In this document: positions 7,970 to 17,032 of the stretch, piece by piece | Layout of the letters: each line of letters starts with the position of its first letter | How positions within the stretch are numbered: position 1 is the first letter of the stretch | Position numbers and translations under genes: made by a program | DNA from: an uncultured Gammaproteobacteria bacterium | GTDB taxonomy: Bacteria; Patescibacteriota; Patescibacteriia; Magasanikbacterales; UBA922 | Assembly (NCBI GenBank): GCA_964566225.1 | Contig: CAZMHV010000005.1 | Location: 1 to 60,308, forward strand | Length of the DNA: 60,308 bases | Direction: 5' to 3' | Notes under the pieces: generated by a model | The model's input: only the letters and a program-made list of their open reading frames with translations | What the model was told of the DNA's origin: nothing | Database searches by the model: none

Positions 7970-9619
7970 ATGAAAGCATCAGACTTACTCGTGAAAGCAC
8001 TTGAAAACGAAGGGGTAGAATATATTTTTGGGATTCCTGGTGAAGAGAACTTGGATTTTTTGGAGTCTCTGCGTACTTCCAAAATTAAATTGATTGTCAC
8101 TCGTCACGAACAAGCAGCAGGATTTATGGCTGCGACCGTTGGTCGGCTCACGGGCAAGCCTGGTGTGTGTTTATCAACGCTGGGGCCTGGTGCGACAAAT
8201 TTTGTGACGGCGGCAGCGTATGCAAACCTCGGTGGTATGCCCATGGTCATGATTACTGGGCAAAAGCCAATCAAAAGTAGTAAGCAAGGACACTTTCAAA
8301 TTATCGACATTATTAAACTCATGGAGCCGGTGACCAAATATACCAAGTCAATTGTGAATGCAAATTTGATTCCGTCTCAAGTGCGCGAAGCATTTCGTAT
8401 TGCCACCGAAGAACGTCCGGGTGCAGTGCATTTGGAATTGCCCGAAGACATCGCTGCCGAAGATGCCGAACTGGTCGATGTATTTCCTGTACAAAAAAAC
8501 CGTCGTCCAATTGCCGAAGAAAAAGCAATTGATGCAGCGGTGAAAATGATTGTGCAGGCCAAGTCACCCCTGCTGCTCATTGGTGCGGCAGCGAATAGAA
8601 AAATGACTGCCAAAATGCTTCGTGAATTTGTTGACGCCACCGGCATTCCATTTTTTAATACACAAATGGGCAAGGGTGTGATTGATGAACGTCATCCATT
8701 GTATTTGGGTTGTGCGGCACTTTCGTCAAATGATTTTTTGCACTGTGCGATTGATCGAGCTGATTTGATTATCAATGTTGGACACGATGTGATTGAAAAA
8801 CCACCATTTATTATGAAACATGGTGATGCGCGCAAAGTGATTCATGTAAATTTTTATGGTGCCAAAGTGGACAATGTATACTTTCCAGAACTTGAAGTAG
8901 TGGGGGACATTGGCAATGCGGTGTGGCAGCTCACAGAAAAATTAAAAAATGAAAATTTGAAAAATGAAAATGAATATTTTGAAAAAATAAAAAATACAGT
9001 GGAAGAACATATTATCAAAAATATTCATGATGCACGATTTCCAATGCTGCCTGAACGCGTGGTGGCTGATGTGCGAAAAAATTTGCCAGACAATGGAATT
9101 TTGACACTCGATAACGGCATGTACAAATTGTGGTTTGCACGAAATTATAAAGCGTATGAACCAAATACATTTTTGCTTGATAATGCACTGGCCACCATGG
9201 GCGCAGGGTTCCCAAGTGCCATGGCTGCGAAACTTTTGTATAGAGAAAAAAAGGTAGTGACCGTGTGTGGTGATGGTGGATTTATGATGAATTCGCAGGA
9301 ACTGGAAACGGCGATTCGCATGCAGCTTGATTTGGTGATTGTGATTTTGAATGATTCTGGTTATGGTATGATCAAGTGGAAACAAGAAGGACAAGATATG
9401 GAAAACTTTGGACTTGATTTTGGAAATCCAGATTTTGTGAAGTATGCCGAGGCGTATGGTGCGAGTGGGTATCGAGTTTCGAGTGCTGATGAATTTTCTA
9501 TTTTGCTTGAGGAATGTTTAAATAAAAAAGGTGTGCACCTCATTGAAGTTCCGGTAGACTATAGTGAGAATCATCAGAAGTTAAGTTTGGAACTCAAGGA
9601 AAAAAGTTGTGAAATATAA
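7970..9619 (+). CDS. thiamine-pyrophosphate enzyme, acetolactate synthase (AlsS/IlvB large subunit)-like
   Basis: GIPGEENLDF..TRHEQAAGFMAATVGRLTGKPGVCLSTLGPGATN at the N-terminus; TPP motif GDGGFMMNSQELET. ATG at 7970 (the track start at 7964 is TTG). Confidence 0.85.
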   Translation: MKASDLLVKALENEGVEYIFGIPGEENLDFLESLRTSKIKLIVTRHEQAAGFMAATVGRLTGKPGVCLSTLGPGATNFVTAAAYANLGGMPMVMITGQKPIKSSKQGHFQIIDIIKLMEPVTKYTKSIVNANLIPSQVREAFRIATEERPGAVHLELPEDIAAEDAELVDVFPVQKNRRPIAEEKAIDAAVKMIVQAKSPLLLIGAAANRKMTAKMLREFVDATGIPFFNTQMGKGVIDERHPLYLGCAALSSNDFLHCAIDRADLIINVGHDVIEKPPFIMKHGDARKVIHVNFYGAKVDNVYFPELEVVGDIGNAVWQLTEKLKNENLKNENEYFEKIKNTVEEHIIKNIHDARFPMLPERVVADVRKNLPDNGILTLDNGMYKLWFARNYKAYEPNTFLLDNALATMGAGFPSAMAAKLLYREKKVVTVCGDGGFMMNSQELETAIRMQLDLVIVILNDSGYGMIKWKQEGQDMENFGLDFGNPDFVKYAEAYGASGYRVSSADEFSILLEECLNKKGVHLIEVPVDYSENHQKLSLELKEKSCEI

Positions 9620-9630
9620 ATTTTATTTGT

Positions 9631-10989
9631 ATGAAATCTATTAATCCCGCAACCGAAGAAATCATCGCCGAATATAGCGAACTCACCGAAGAAGAACTCG
9701 ATGCCAAAATTGATGTGGCACACCGCGCGTTTGAAGCCTGGAAACTCACCAGCTTTGATTTTCGTCGCGAACGCATGCTCGAACTCGCGCGATTGTTTCG
9801 AAGCAATAAAAATGAATTGGCACAAATTGCTACCCTTGAAATGGGCAAGCCTATCACACAGTCTCTTGCTGAAGTAGAAAAGTGTGCGTGGGTCTGTGAA
9901 TACTACGCCGATAATGCAAAAACAATTTTGGCGCCAGAAGTGGTTGCAAGTAATGCGAGTGAAAGTTATGTTCGCTTTGATCCGATTGGTGTGGTGCTGG
10001 CTGTGATGCCATGGAATTTTCCGTATTGGCAGGCCATGCGTTTTATTGCGCCGGCTGCTATGGCTGGAAACGTTGGAGTGTTGAAACACGCATCAAACGT
10101 GCAAGGCTGTGGCATGGCCATGGAAAAATTATTTTTGAAAGCAGATTTTCCAGAAGGAATTTTTCAAAATCTTGCCATTGGTGCGAGTAAAGTTGAGCAT
10201 GTGATTGCAGATCCACGAGTGGTCGCGGTTACACTTACGGGAAGTGAATCTGCTGGGCGCAAAGTTGCGGCGCAAGCAGGAGAGCATTTAAAAAAAGTGG
10301 TGCTTGAACTTGGTGGCAGTGATCCTTCGATAATTTTGAAAGATGCAGATTTGGATTTGGTGATGCAAGTCACGCCCATGGCACGACTCCAGAATGCAGG
10401 ACAAAGTTGTGTGGCCGCAAAACGATTTATTGTACACGAGGACATTGCCGAAGAATTTATAACACGATTTAAAAATGAATTTGAAAAACTTGTGGTAGGG
10501 GATCCAATGAGTGAAGCAACGCAGATGGGCCCACTAGTAAATGCAACTGGGGTGCAAGAAATTGAAAGACAAGTTGCAGAGTCTGTGGCGCTCGGGGCCG
10601 AGGTCGTGACGGGTGGAAAAAAAGTTGGTGACAAAGGATTTTATTTTGCGCCAACTATTTTGCGAAATGTAAAAAAGGGAATGCCCGCGTACAGTGAAGA
10701 ATTTTTTGGACCAGTGGCTTCGGTGATTGTGGTTCAAGACGAAGCCGAAGCACTGCATATTGCCAATGATGTTTCATTTGGCCTCGGCAGTTCCATTTAT
10801 ACTCGTGATACTGATCATGCCAAAGAACTAGCAAGTAAAATTGATGCGGGGCAAGTGTTTATCAATGGTATGGTTCTTTCAGATCCACGACTTCCATTTG
10901 GTGGCACCAAAAATTCTGGATGTGGCCGCGAGCTCTCGCACTATGGCATCAAAGAATTTGTAAATATTAAAACCGTGTGGGTGAAATAG
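9631..10989 (+). CDS. NAD(P)-dependent aldehyde / succinate-semialdehyde dehydrogenase family protein
   Basis: ALDH signatures ELGGSDP (catalytic Glu) and GQSCVAAKRF (catalytic Cys); 452 aa. Confidence 0.85.
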   Translation: MKSINPATEEIIAEYSELTEEELDAKIDVAHRAFEAWKLTSFDFRRERMLELARLFRSNKNELAQIATLEMGKPITQSLAEVEKCAWVCEYYADNAKTILAPEVVASNASESYVRFDPIGVVLAVMPWNFPYWQAMRFIAPAAMAGNVGVLKHASNVQGCGMAMEKLFLKADFPEGIFQNLAIGASKVEHVIADPRVVAVTLTGSESAGRKVAAQAGEHLKKVVLELGGSDPSIILKDADLDLVMQVTPMARLQNAGQSCVAAKRFIVHEDIAEEFITRFKNEFEKLVVGDPMSEATQMGPLVNATGVQEIERQVAESVALGAEVVTGGKKVGDKGFYFAPTILRNVKKGMPAYSEEFFGPVASVIVVQDEAEALHIANDVSFGLGSSIYTRDTDHAKELASKIDAGQVFINGMVLSDPRLPFGGTKNSGCGRELSHYGIKEFVNIKTVWVK

Positions 10990-11005
10990 GAATACAAAGG
11001 AAAAA

Positions 11006-11083
11006 CAAAAAACCCGCCTTCTCCCTCCTTTTCTCAAGAAAAAATTTTTCTCGAAAAAGGGATTGCGAAGGCGGGTTTTGTTG
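11006..11083. terminator. long hairpin / bidirectional terminator between the ALDH gene and island 5
   Basis: AACCCGCCTTC (11011-11021) pairs with GAAGGCGGGTT (11067-11077), followed by TTTTGTT. The 45-nt loop is A/T-rich. Confidence 0.5.
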
Positions 11084-11098
11084 TGGCGGGAGGTTGTC

Positions 11099-11800
11099 TC
11101 ACTCGTCGTTGAAGAGTGGGGCAAACCAGGGGAAGAGGGGCGCGAACCAGGACGAGGGTGTGTGCTGGTGACGGGCCCTGTGGAGAGATGCAACGACGAA
11201 ACCAGTGTTCTTCGAGACCTCCCAGTGGGAAGGATCGCGGTCGTCCTGTTCAAGCCGGATGAAGTTTCCTGCCTCTCGGAGGCCGAGTTCTTTTTGGGCT
11301 TGTTGCAGGCTTTTGACCCAGTTGGGGAACGGGTCGTCGATCCCTTGCCGGAAGGATTCTCCGTAGATGAACCGTTTGGCTTCTGGGGAGATTCCGAACT
11401 GAAGCATCGCCGGTGCCAGGATCTGGTGTCTGACACGGTTGTTGAAGGAGTCCCTGAGAATGTCCAGGTCGAGGCGGCCGTCGAGAAGTCGAGGTTGACT
11501 CTCCGGACGGTATTTTTCCGACTGATTCACCCGGAGTGCCGCCAGGTTTTCGGGCTCGTTGACTTCTTCGTCTTTGAGCACTTCGTGGAGCCACGCGCTC
11601 ATCTGCGCGTTGCTCCAAAGCAACTTCGGGCGGTGCAGGGCTTGAGCCGTCTTGAGGAACTCTTTCAAGTACCTGACGATTTCCGGCAAATGTTGATTTT
11701 CCTCGACGAAGGCCAGGATCTTGGCCATGTTGAGGGTCGCCATGACATCGGCGACCGTATACGCCATGGTCGCGCTGTTCGCCGTATCGCTGATCTTCAT
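11099..11800 (-). CDS. G+C-rich orphan gene (island 5): 233-aa protein of unknown function with a tandem C-terminal WFAPLF repeat
   Basis: MKISDTANSATMAYTVADVMATLNMAKILAFVEENQHLPEIVRYLKEF...SSWFAPLFPWFAPLFNDE. RBS GAGGAG lies 7 nt upstream. The alternative ORFs 11063..11908(+) and 11250..11840(-) are R/P/G-rich. Confidence 0.7.
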   Translation of the reverse strand: MKISDTANSATMAYTVADVMATLNMAKILAFVEENQHLPEIVRYLKEFLKTAQALHRPKLLWSNAQMSAWLHEVLKDEEVNEPENLAALRVNQSEKYRPESQPRLLDGRLDLDILRDSFNNRVRHQILAPAMLQFGISPEAKRFIYGESFRQGIDDPFPNWVKSLQQAQKELGLREAGNFIRLEQDDRDPSHWEVSKNTGFVVASLHRARHQHTPSSWFAPLFPWFAPLFNDE

Positions 11801-11842
11801 CGGGTTTCTCCTCGTGCGTGGGTCCGAATTTGGACCTCAATA

Positions 11843-11871
11843 ACTATAGCCAGTCTAAGCGTATTTGTCAA
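11843..11871 (-). promoter_or_regulatory. sigma70-type promoter for the island-5 gene
   Basis: On the - strand: TTGACA (comp 11866-11871), 17-nt spacer, TATAGT (comp 11843-11848). It overlaps a divergent + strand TTGTCA..TATACT promoter for the DUF1653 gene. Confidence 0.55.
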
Positions 11872-11916
11872 CACTCTGTGGTATGGTATACTTTTTGTAT
11901 TCTTGTAAGAGATACT

Positions 11917-12156
11917 ATGTTGCCTCCACTTTCTGAAACAGCAAAAAATTTTCGGTTTGGTGTGTATGAACACTACAAAGGGGGACAGTATCGTGCCCGA
12001 GAAATTGCGGTTCACCACGATACGCTCGAAGAATGGGTGGTGTATCAAGGACTTTACGGAGATAATCGACATTTTATTCGGCCGCTTGAAATGTTTTTGG
12101 AGAGTGTGGAAGTTGATGGCGTAGTGATGCCTCGTTTTCGATATCTCGGTGAATAA
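11917..12156 (+). CDS. DUF1653 domain protein
   Basis: MLPPLSETAKNFRFGVYEHYKGGQYRAREIAVHHDTLEEWVVYQGLYGD..IRPLEMFLESVEVDGVVMPRFRYLG matches the YxHYKGxxY...VVYxxLYGD...RPxxMF pattern. Start taken at the inner ATG in A+T-rich sequence. Confidence 0.75.
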   Translation: MLPPLSETAKNFRFGVYEHYKGGQYRAREIAVHHDTLEEWVVYQGLYGDNRHFIRPLEMFLESVEVDGVVMPRFRYLGE

Positions 12157-12161
12157 TTGGT

Positions 12162-13112
12162 ATGGACTATACATTTTTTGAAACAGAAATTTTAAAGTGG
12201 TACAAAAAAAATGGACGCATGAGTTTGCCATGGAGAAAAAAGGGGATTGGTGCGTATGAAGTGTGGGTGAGTGAGATTATGCTTCAGCAAACACAGGTGT
12301 CCCGCGTAATTGAATATTACAATAAATTTTTGCAGAAGTTTCCAACGGTTTTTGATTTGGCAGCGGCAACTTGGGAAGAATTTTATCCGTATTATGCCGG
12401 GCTTGGGTATTATAATCGAGGACGAAATATGCTGCGTGCGGCACAAGTGGTCGTTGAAAAATATAAAGGAAAATTTCCGGCTGTAAAAAAAGAATTGCTC
12501 GAACTTCCGGGAATTGGCGAATACACAGCCAGTGCAATTTTGAGTTTTGGATATAACAAAAATGAGTTGGCAGTCGACACGAATATAAAAAAAATATTTG
12601 GGCGAGTCTTAGAGGGAAGTAAATTTTCAGTTGTAGATTTTGAAGAGGTTAAAAAAAATTTACCTTCAGCAAAAAAACATTTGAATGCCGCTCTCATGGA
12701 TTTTTCAAGTAGAGTGTGTATCAAAGTTCCGCGCTGTGGCGAGTGTCCGTTGCAAAAAATATGTGAATATTTTCAAACAGATGCACAAAAAGAAACTCCT
12801 ATTTCAAAAACAAAAAATAATTTTCCAAACAGAGAAGCCGGTGTGCAACTGTGGCTGCACAAAAATCACAAAGAATATTATTCAACAAACAAAAAAGTTT
12901 TTAAACCATTTTTTCTTAGTAAGAAATACAATACAAGAGAAACAATAAAAGCATATTTTCAAAAAAAATATGGACTGACACTGGCGGTACGTCCACCACA
13001 CAAAAAAGTTTTTGTTGATGGTGTCCCATTCTTATTTGTGAATGCACAAATACTCCTCGGCAAACACTCATTTGCCGTCTTTAACTCAAAGGACGTACAT
13101 AAAAAAATATGA
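12162..13112 (+). CDS. mutY: A/G-specific adenine DNA glycosylase
   Basis: LPWRKK..YEVWVSEIMLQQTQV; helix-hairpin-helix LPGIGEYTASAILSFGYN; 4Fe-4S loop CIKVPRCGECPLQKIC. Confidence 0.85.
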   Translation: MDYTFFETEILKWYKKNGRMSLPWRKKGIGAYEVWVSEIMLQQTQVSRVIEYYNKFLQKFPTVFDLAAATWEEFYPYYAGLGYYNRGRNMLRAAQVVVEKYKGKFPAVKKELLELPGIGEYTASAILSFGYNKNELAVDTNIKKIFGRVLEGSKFSVVDFEEVKKNLPSAKKHLNAALMDFSSRVCIKVPRCGECPLQKICEYFQTDAQKETPISKTKNNFPNREAGVQLWLHKNHKEYYSTNKKVFKPFFLSKKYNTRETIKAYFQKKYGLTLAVRPPHKKVFVDGVPFLFVNAQILLGKHSFAVFNSKDVHKKI

Positions 13113-13639
13113 TTTGGAATTATCTACTTACCCTTGTTGTTATTTTGTTGATTGTTCTTGTTGCCAAATCTTGGATTACTATTATTTCATTTGCTCCCTG
13201 GGTTCCAGCTTTCGAAAAAGATTTGGTACGAGTTTTTGAAGTAGCGCAGTTACAACCCGGTGAAGTTTTTTACGACTTAGGATGTGGAGACGGTCGCACG
13301 GTGGTCTATGCGGCGAATCATTTCAATGTGCAGGCCGTTGGTGTCGAACTAATTTTTCCACTCTGGGTTGTTTGTCAAATACGAAAAATATTTTCCAAAA
13401 GTAAAAAAATAACATTCAAAAATAAAAATTTGTTTCATGAAGATTTATCTCAGGCTGATGTGGTGTATGTGTTTGGCATCCCTGGAACATTGGCCCACAG
13501 AGTTAAAGAAAAATTTCAAAATGAGTTGAAATCTGGTGCGCGTGTCGTTTCATATATATTTAAAATTGAAGGCTTGACTCCTGAGCTCGTGAGTAAGCCG
13601 AGTGACAAAGACAATTCTATTTATTTGTATCGGTTTTAG
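13109..13639 (+). CDS. membrane-anchored class I SAM-dependent methyltransferase
   Basis: N-terminal TM helix, then motif I FYDLGCGDGRTVVYAA. It overlaps the mutY stop by 4 nt. Confidence 0.7.
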   Translation: MIWNYLLTLVVILLIVLVAKSWITIISFAPWVPAFEKDLVRVFEVAQLQPGEVFYDLGCGDGRTVVYAANHFNVQAVGVELIFPLWVVCQIRKIFSKSKKITFKNKNLFHEDLSQADVVYVFGIPGTLAHRVKEKFQNELKSGARVVSYIFKIEGLTPELVSKPSDKDNSIYLYRF

Positions 13640-13640
13640 T

Positions 13641-14273
13641 ATGAATATTACCAAATTTGGACATTCGTGTTTGTTTCTTGAGGGGAAAGATACTCGTATT
13701 TTGGTGGATCCGGGTATATGGTCAGAAGGATTTAAAGACTTGGAAAATCTGGATGCAATTTTTATTACACATGAACATCAAGACCACTGCGATGTTGCTG
13801 CTTTGCAAACAGTGGTGCAAAAAAACCCTGGTGTGAAAGTATATACCAATGACCATGTGGGGAAAAAACTGCAAGAAGCAGGGATCGGATTTGACCTTTT
13901 TGAAGGTGGTCGCAAAGAAATGGTTGGGCAAATGCAAGTGGAAGCTTTTGGACGCGATCATGCCGTGATCTATCAAAGTTCACCTTGTCATAATGTAGGA
14001 TATTTATTTGGTGGACGACTTTTTCACCCAGGTGATTCATTTACGGTGCCGCCAGTGCCAGTAGAAATGCTTGCGCTTCCAGTGTGTGCACCATGGATGA
14101 AAATGTCTGAGTGCATTGACTATGCTAAAGCTGTGAAACCCAAAATGGTTTTCCCCATTCACGATGGAATGCTCAAACACCTTGGGCCGTATCATCGATT
14201 TCCCATGAGTATGATTACTCCTGAGGGGATTGAATTTAAAGTTTTGGAAGTGGGGCAATGTCAAGAGTTTTAA
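13641..14273 (+). CDS. MBL-fold metallo-hydrolase
   Basis: MNITKFGHSCLFLEGKDTRILVDPG...THEHQDHCD (HxHxDH motif). Inner ATG of ORF 13602..14273. Confidence 0.8.
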   Translation: MNITKFGHSCLFLEGKDTRILVDPGIWSEGFKDLENLDAIFITHEHQDHCDVAALQTVVQKNPGVKVYTNDHVGKKLQEAGIGFDLFEGGRKEMVGQMQVEAFGRDHAVIYQSSPCHNVGYLFGGRLFHPGDSFTVPPVPVEMLALPVCAPWMKMSECIDYAKAVKPKMVFPIHDGMLKHLGPYHRFPMSMITPEGIEFKVLEVGQCQEF

Positions 14274-14280
14274 AACGTTT

Positions 14281-14309
14281 AAAAAGAGAGCTCTTTATCT
14301 CTCTTTTTT
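14281..14309 (+). terminator. intrinsic terminator
   Basis: aaaaAGAGAGctctttatCTCTCTttttt. Confidence 0.55.
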
Positions 14310-14368
14310 ATTTGTGAAAGCCACTTGTTCTGGCTAGTCTCACATGGTATTATGAAGAGAGGATTTCT

Positions 14369-16270
14369 ATGCCCAAGCGTTTTTATATTGGTATTATTTT
14401 ACTTTGTCTTACACTTTGTGCGGGGCTATTGTTGTTTTATAAAAATCAAGTTTCTGTGGTGGCAGAGGATCACCAAACAGGGGTCGTTTTAGAACCTTTG
14501 AAGCTCCGTACTCAATCAAAACAGGATGCTCGAGAGGTATCAAACACGAGCGAAGAGTTAGGAAACATGCCTCCAGTGTCTCCAACTTCGTCCCTTACCC
14601 TGCTTGCTGTGGGCGATATTATGCTCGATCGATCAGTCATGCTCAAGACGCAGGCTGCTGGCGATTATAATCATCCATTCTTATTGATTGATCCACTTTT
14701 CAAAGAATACAATTTGCACTTGGCCAACCTTGAGGGACCCATTACAACCAATACATCAGTCTCCAACGGCACAGGTGGTGCTCGCTTCACGTTTACCTTT
14801 TCACCAAAATTTGTTGACCCACTCAAACAGCGTTTTGAATTTTTGAGTTTGGCTAACAATCACGAACAAAACTTTGGCCAAAAAGGCATTGATCAAACAC
14901 GAAAGTTTTTGGGCGATGCAGGGGTTCATTATTTTGGTGATCCAAATAATGTCGCAGCATTTATTTCTGTGACTACTACATATAATAACATTTCAATGGC
15001 ATTTGTGGGTTACCATCAACTGGTGGAAACTGGTTTTGAAAATGTAATTGCGGAAGTTAAAAAATTAGATTCTCAAGTTGACGTGGTCATTGCAATGCCA
15101 CACTGGGGTGTAGAATACCAAACAGAAAAGCCTTATCCTACTCAGGTAAGTGATGCACATGCACTCATTGATGCCGGTGTAGACATTATTATTGGTGCAC
15201 ATCCACATGTGGTGCAACCAATCGAAGTATACAAAGATAAAGTTATTTTTTATTCACTCGGCAATTTTATTTTTGATCAATATTTTTCAGAAGAGACACA
15301 GACAGGATTGGCAGTTGGTTTACAAATTGAAAAAAGCGATACAATAAAAATAAAATACACACTTATTCCACTTGATATTAATAATGTAAGTCAGCCATCA
15401 GTAGCCAAATCTCCCAAAAAAGAAAAGTTGCTTGAACACCTCCGTAGATTTTCAAAAGGGGTTACGATCGTAGATGGAAAATTTGATTTGGATGTAACAG
15501 CACCACAAGGTTTTCACTATCAACTGCAAGATGCTTCATATAATACACTCAAATCTTTGAAAAACAGTTATCTTGTGGTTGACCCAGATGATTCAAAACT
15601 GCAAACTTCAGAAATACAATCTTTGCAAAAAAATGGAAATAAAGTTTTGGCATATTTGAGTATTGGTGAGGCAGAAAATTATCGTGATTACTGGCAAAAA
15701 AATTGGCGGGTTGGCTCACCAACATTTTTGGATGAAAAAAATCCAGATTGGGAAGGAAACTTTAAAGTGAAGTATTGGGACAAACAATGGAAACAAATAA
15801 TTTTTGACCGAGTGAAAAAAATTCAAGAGGCTGGATATGATGGAGTGTATTTGGATATTATTGATGCCTATGAATATTATCAAGAAAAAGGAAAAAAAGA
15901 TGCTGATCAAGAAATGACCCTTTTGGTCCACGAAATTTCCTTGCAAGCAAAACAAAATAATATTCATTTTTTGATTGTGCCTCAAAATGCTCCGGAGTTG
16001 TATGTATCTTATAAAAATGTGATTGATGGATTGGGGGCAGAAGATGTATTTTATAATGATGATGAATCTCAAAATGTAGCAGAGACAACACATAAACTTA
16101 CGTATTTACGCCAAGCAATTTTTGATAAAAAATTTGTTTTGTCTATTGACTATACTGCAGACAAAAAAAGTATTTGTGACTATTATAAAAAATGTGAGGA
16201 ACAAAATTTTTTGTGCATGGTATCAAATCGTGATTTAAATTTGAATAAGGGAGTTACTTGTAAAAAATAA
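14369..16270 (+). CDS. fusion protein: CapA-family (poly-gamma-glutamate capsule/metallophosphatase-like) N-domain plus GH114/TM1410-like glycoside-hydrolase C-domain
   Basis: N-terminal TM helix. CapA-like LLAVGDIMLDRSV, LANLEGPIT, LSLANNHEQNFG, HWGVEYQ, IIIGAHPHVVQP, YSLGNFIFDQ. The C-terminal half has YLSIGEAENYRDYW..KYWDKQWKQII..GYDGVYLDIIDAYEY. Confidence 0.7.
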   Translation: MPKRFYIGIILLCLTLCAGLLLFYKNQVSVVAEDHQTGVVLEPLKLRTQSKQDAREVSNTSEELGNMPPVSPTSSLTLLAVGDIMLDRSVMLKTQAAGDYNHPFLLIDPLFKEYNLHLANLEGPITTNTSVSNGTGGARFTFTFSPKFVDPLKQRFEFLSLANNHEQNFGQKGIDQTRKFLGDAGVHYFGDPNNVAAFISVTTTYNNISMAFVGYHQLVETGFENVIAEVKKLDSQVDVVIAMPHWGVEYQTEKPYPTQVSDAHALIDAGVDIIIGAHPHVVQPIEVYKDKVIFYSLGNFIFDQYFSEETQTGLAVGLQIEKSDTIKIKYTLIPLDINNVSQPSVAKSPKKEKLLEHLRRFSKGVTIVDGKFDLDVTAPQGFHYQLQDASYNTLKSLKNSYLVVDPDDSKLQTSEIQSLQKNGNKVLAYLSIGEAENYRDYWQKNWRVGSPTFLDEKNPDWEGNFKVKYWDKQWKQIIFDRVKKIQEAGYDGVYLDIIDAYEYYQEKGKKDADQEMTLLVHEISLQAKQNNIHFLIVPQNAPELYVSYKNVIDGLGAEDVFYNDDESQNVAETTHKLTYLRQAIFDKKFVLSIDYTADKKSICDYYKKCEEQNFLCMVSNRDLNLNKGVTCKK

Positions 16271-16273
16271 TAT

Positions 16274-16816
16274 ATGGCAGCAGAAGAAATATTGGACATT
16301 ATCAATGAACATGATGAAGTGATTGGTCGGGGAACGAGGGCCGAGATACATGCTCAAGGGTTGCTTCATAGAATTGTTGATATTTGGTTTTATAATAAAA
16401 ATGGTCAGGTTTTGTTTCAGAAAAGAAGTTTTAAAAAAGATAATTCACCAGGTCTTTTGGGATTTTCTGTAGGAGGACATGTAGAAGCAGGCTCAAATCT
16501 GATTGATACGGTGATTCGGGAGATAAAAGAAGAATCAGGACTTGATGTAACTGCAGCAGATATAATTTTTCTAGCAAAGGTACATTGCCTTAGCACAAAA
16601 GAAAATCAATTAAAAAATATTTTTGCATATCATTTTACTGGAAAACCAGAAGATTTAACTTTTGACCCAAATGAAGTAGAGTATTTTGAGTGGTGGAATA
16701 TTGAAGACATTTTGAATCTTTCACCAGAACAAAAAACAAAATTTGCAGCAAATATGTTTGAGGAGGGTGTTTTAGATACTTTAAAAAAAGTTTTGGAACT
16801 CAGTAAGCAGGTATAA
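16274..16816 (+). CDS. NUDIX hydrolase
   Basis: Nudix box GGHVEAGSNLIDTVIREIKEESGL. Confidence 0.85.
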   Translation: MAAEEILDIINEHDEVIGRGTRAEIHAQGLLHRIVDIWFYNKNGQVLFQKRSFKKDNSPGLLGFSVGGHVEAGSNLIDTVIREIKEESGLDVTAADIIFLAKVHCLSTKENQLKNIFAYHFTGKPEDLTFDPNEVEYFEWWNIEDILNLSPEQKTKFAANMFEEGVLDTLKKVLELSKQV

Positions 16817-16891
16817 ATAGAAGATTAGTCTTTTAAAAGAGTGATCGATTTCAAGAAAAATTTTTACTTCAAAAGTTAAAATAGTTTAGTA

Positions 16892-16920
16892 TTGACAAAA
16901 GCTTGATTTTTTGTTAAGGT
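16892..16920 (+). promoter_or_regulatory. sigma70-type promoter for the island-6 gene
   Basis: TTGACA (16892-16897), 17-nt spacer, TAAGGT (16915-16920). The leader contains a TCTCAT..ATGAGA hairpin, and AGGAG lies 8 nt before the ATG. Confidence 0.5.
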
Positions 16921-17032
16921 CAACCGTTCAACAGTCTCATATAAAAAAATTTTTTTTACATGAGATTCGTTTTATCTTAGCCATGGTGGTCTAAAATGAA
17001 GCGAATAACACCCTCAACCAGGAGAAATCCAG

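Noticed and set aside
8942-8971. 15-nt tandem duplication (ttaaaaaatgaaaat / ttgaaaaatgaaaat) inside the TPP-enzyme gene
   Set aside because: It is an in-frame LKNEN-LKNEN slippage duplication in a surface loop region of an A+T-rich gene. It is real but unremarkable.
11063-11908. ORFs 11063..11908(+) and 11250..11840(-) overlapping the island-5 gene, and 10879..11436(-), 6785..7384(-) and 7008..7454(+) spanning island boundaries
   Set aside because: They cross abrupt compositional junctions or are low-complexity R/P/S-rich frames. The chosen frames have an RBS plus promoter and sensible composition.
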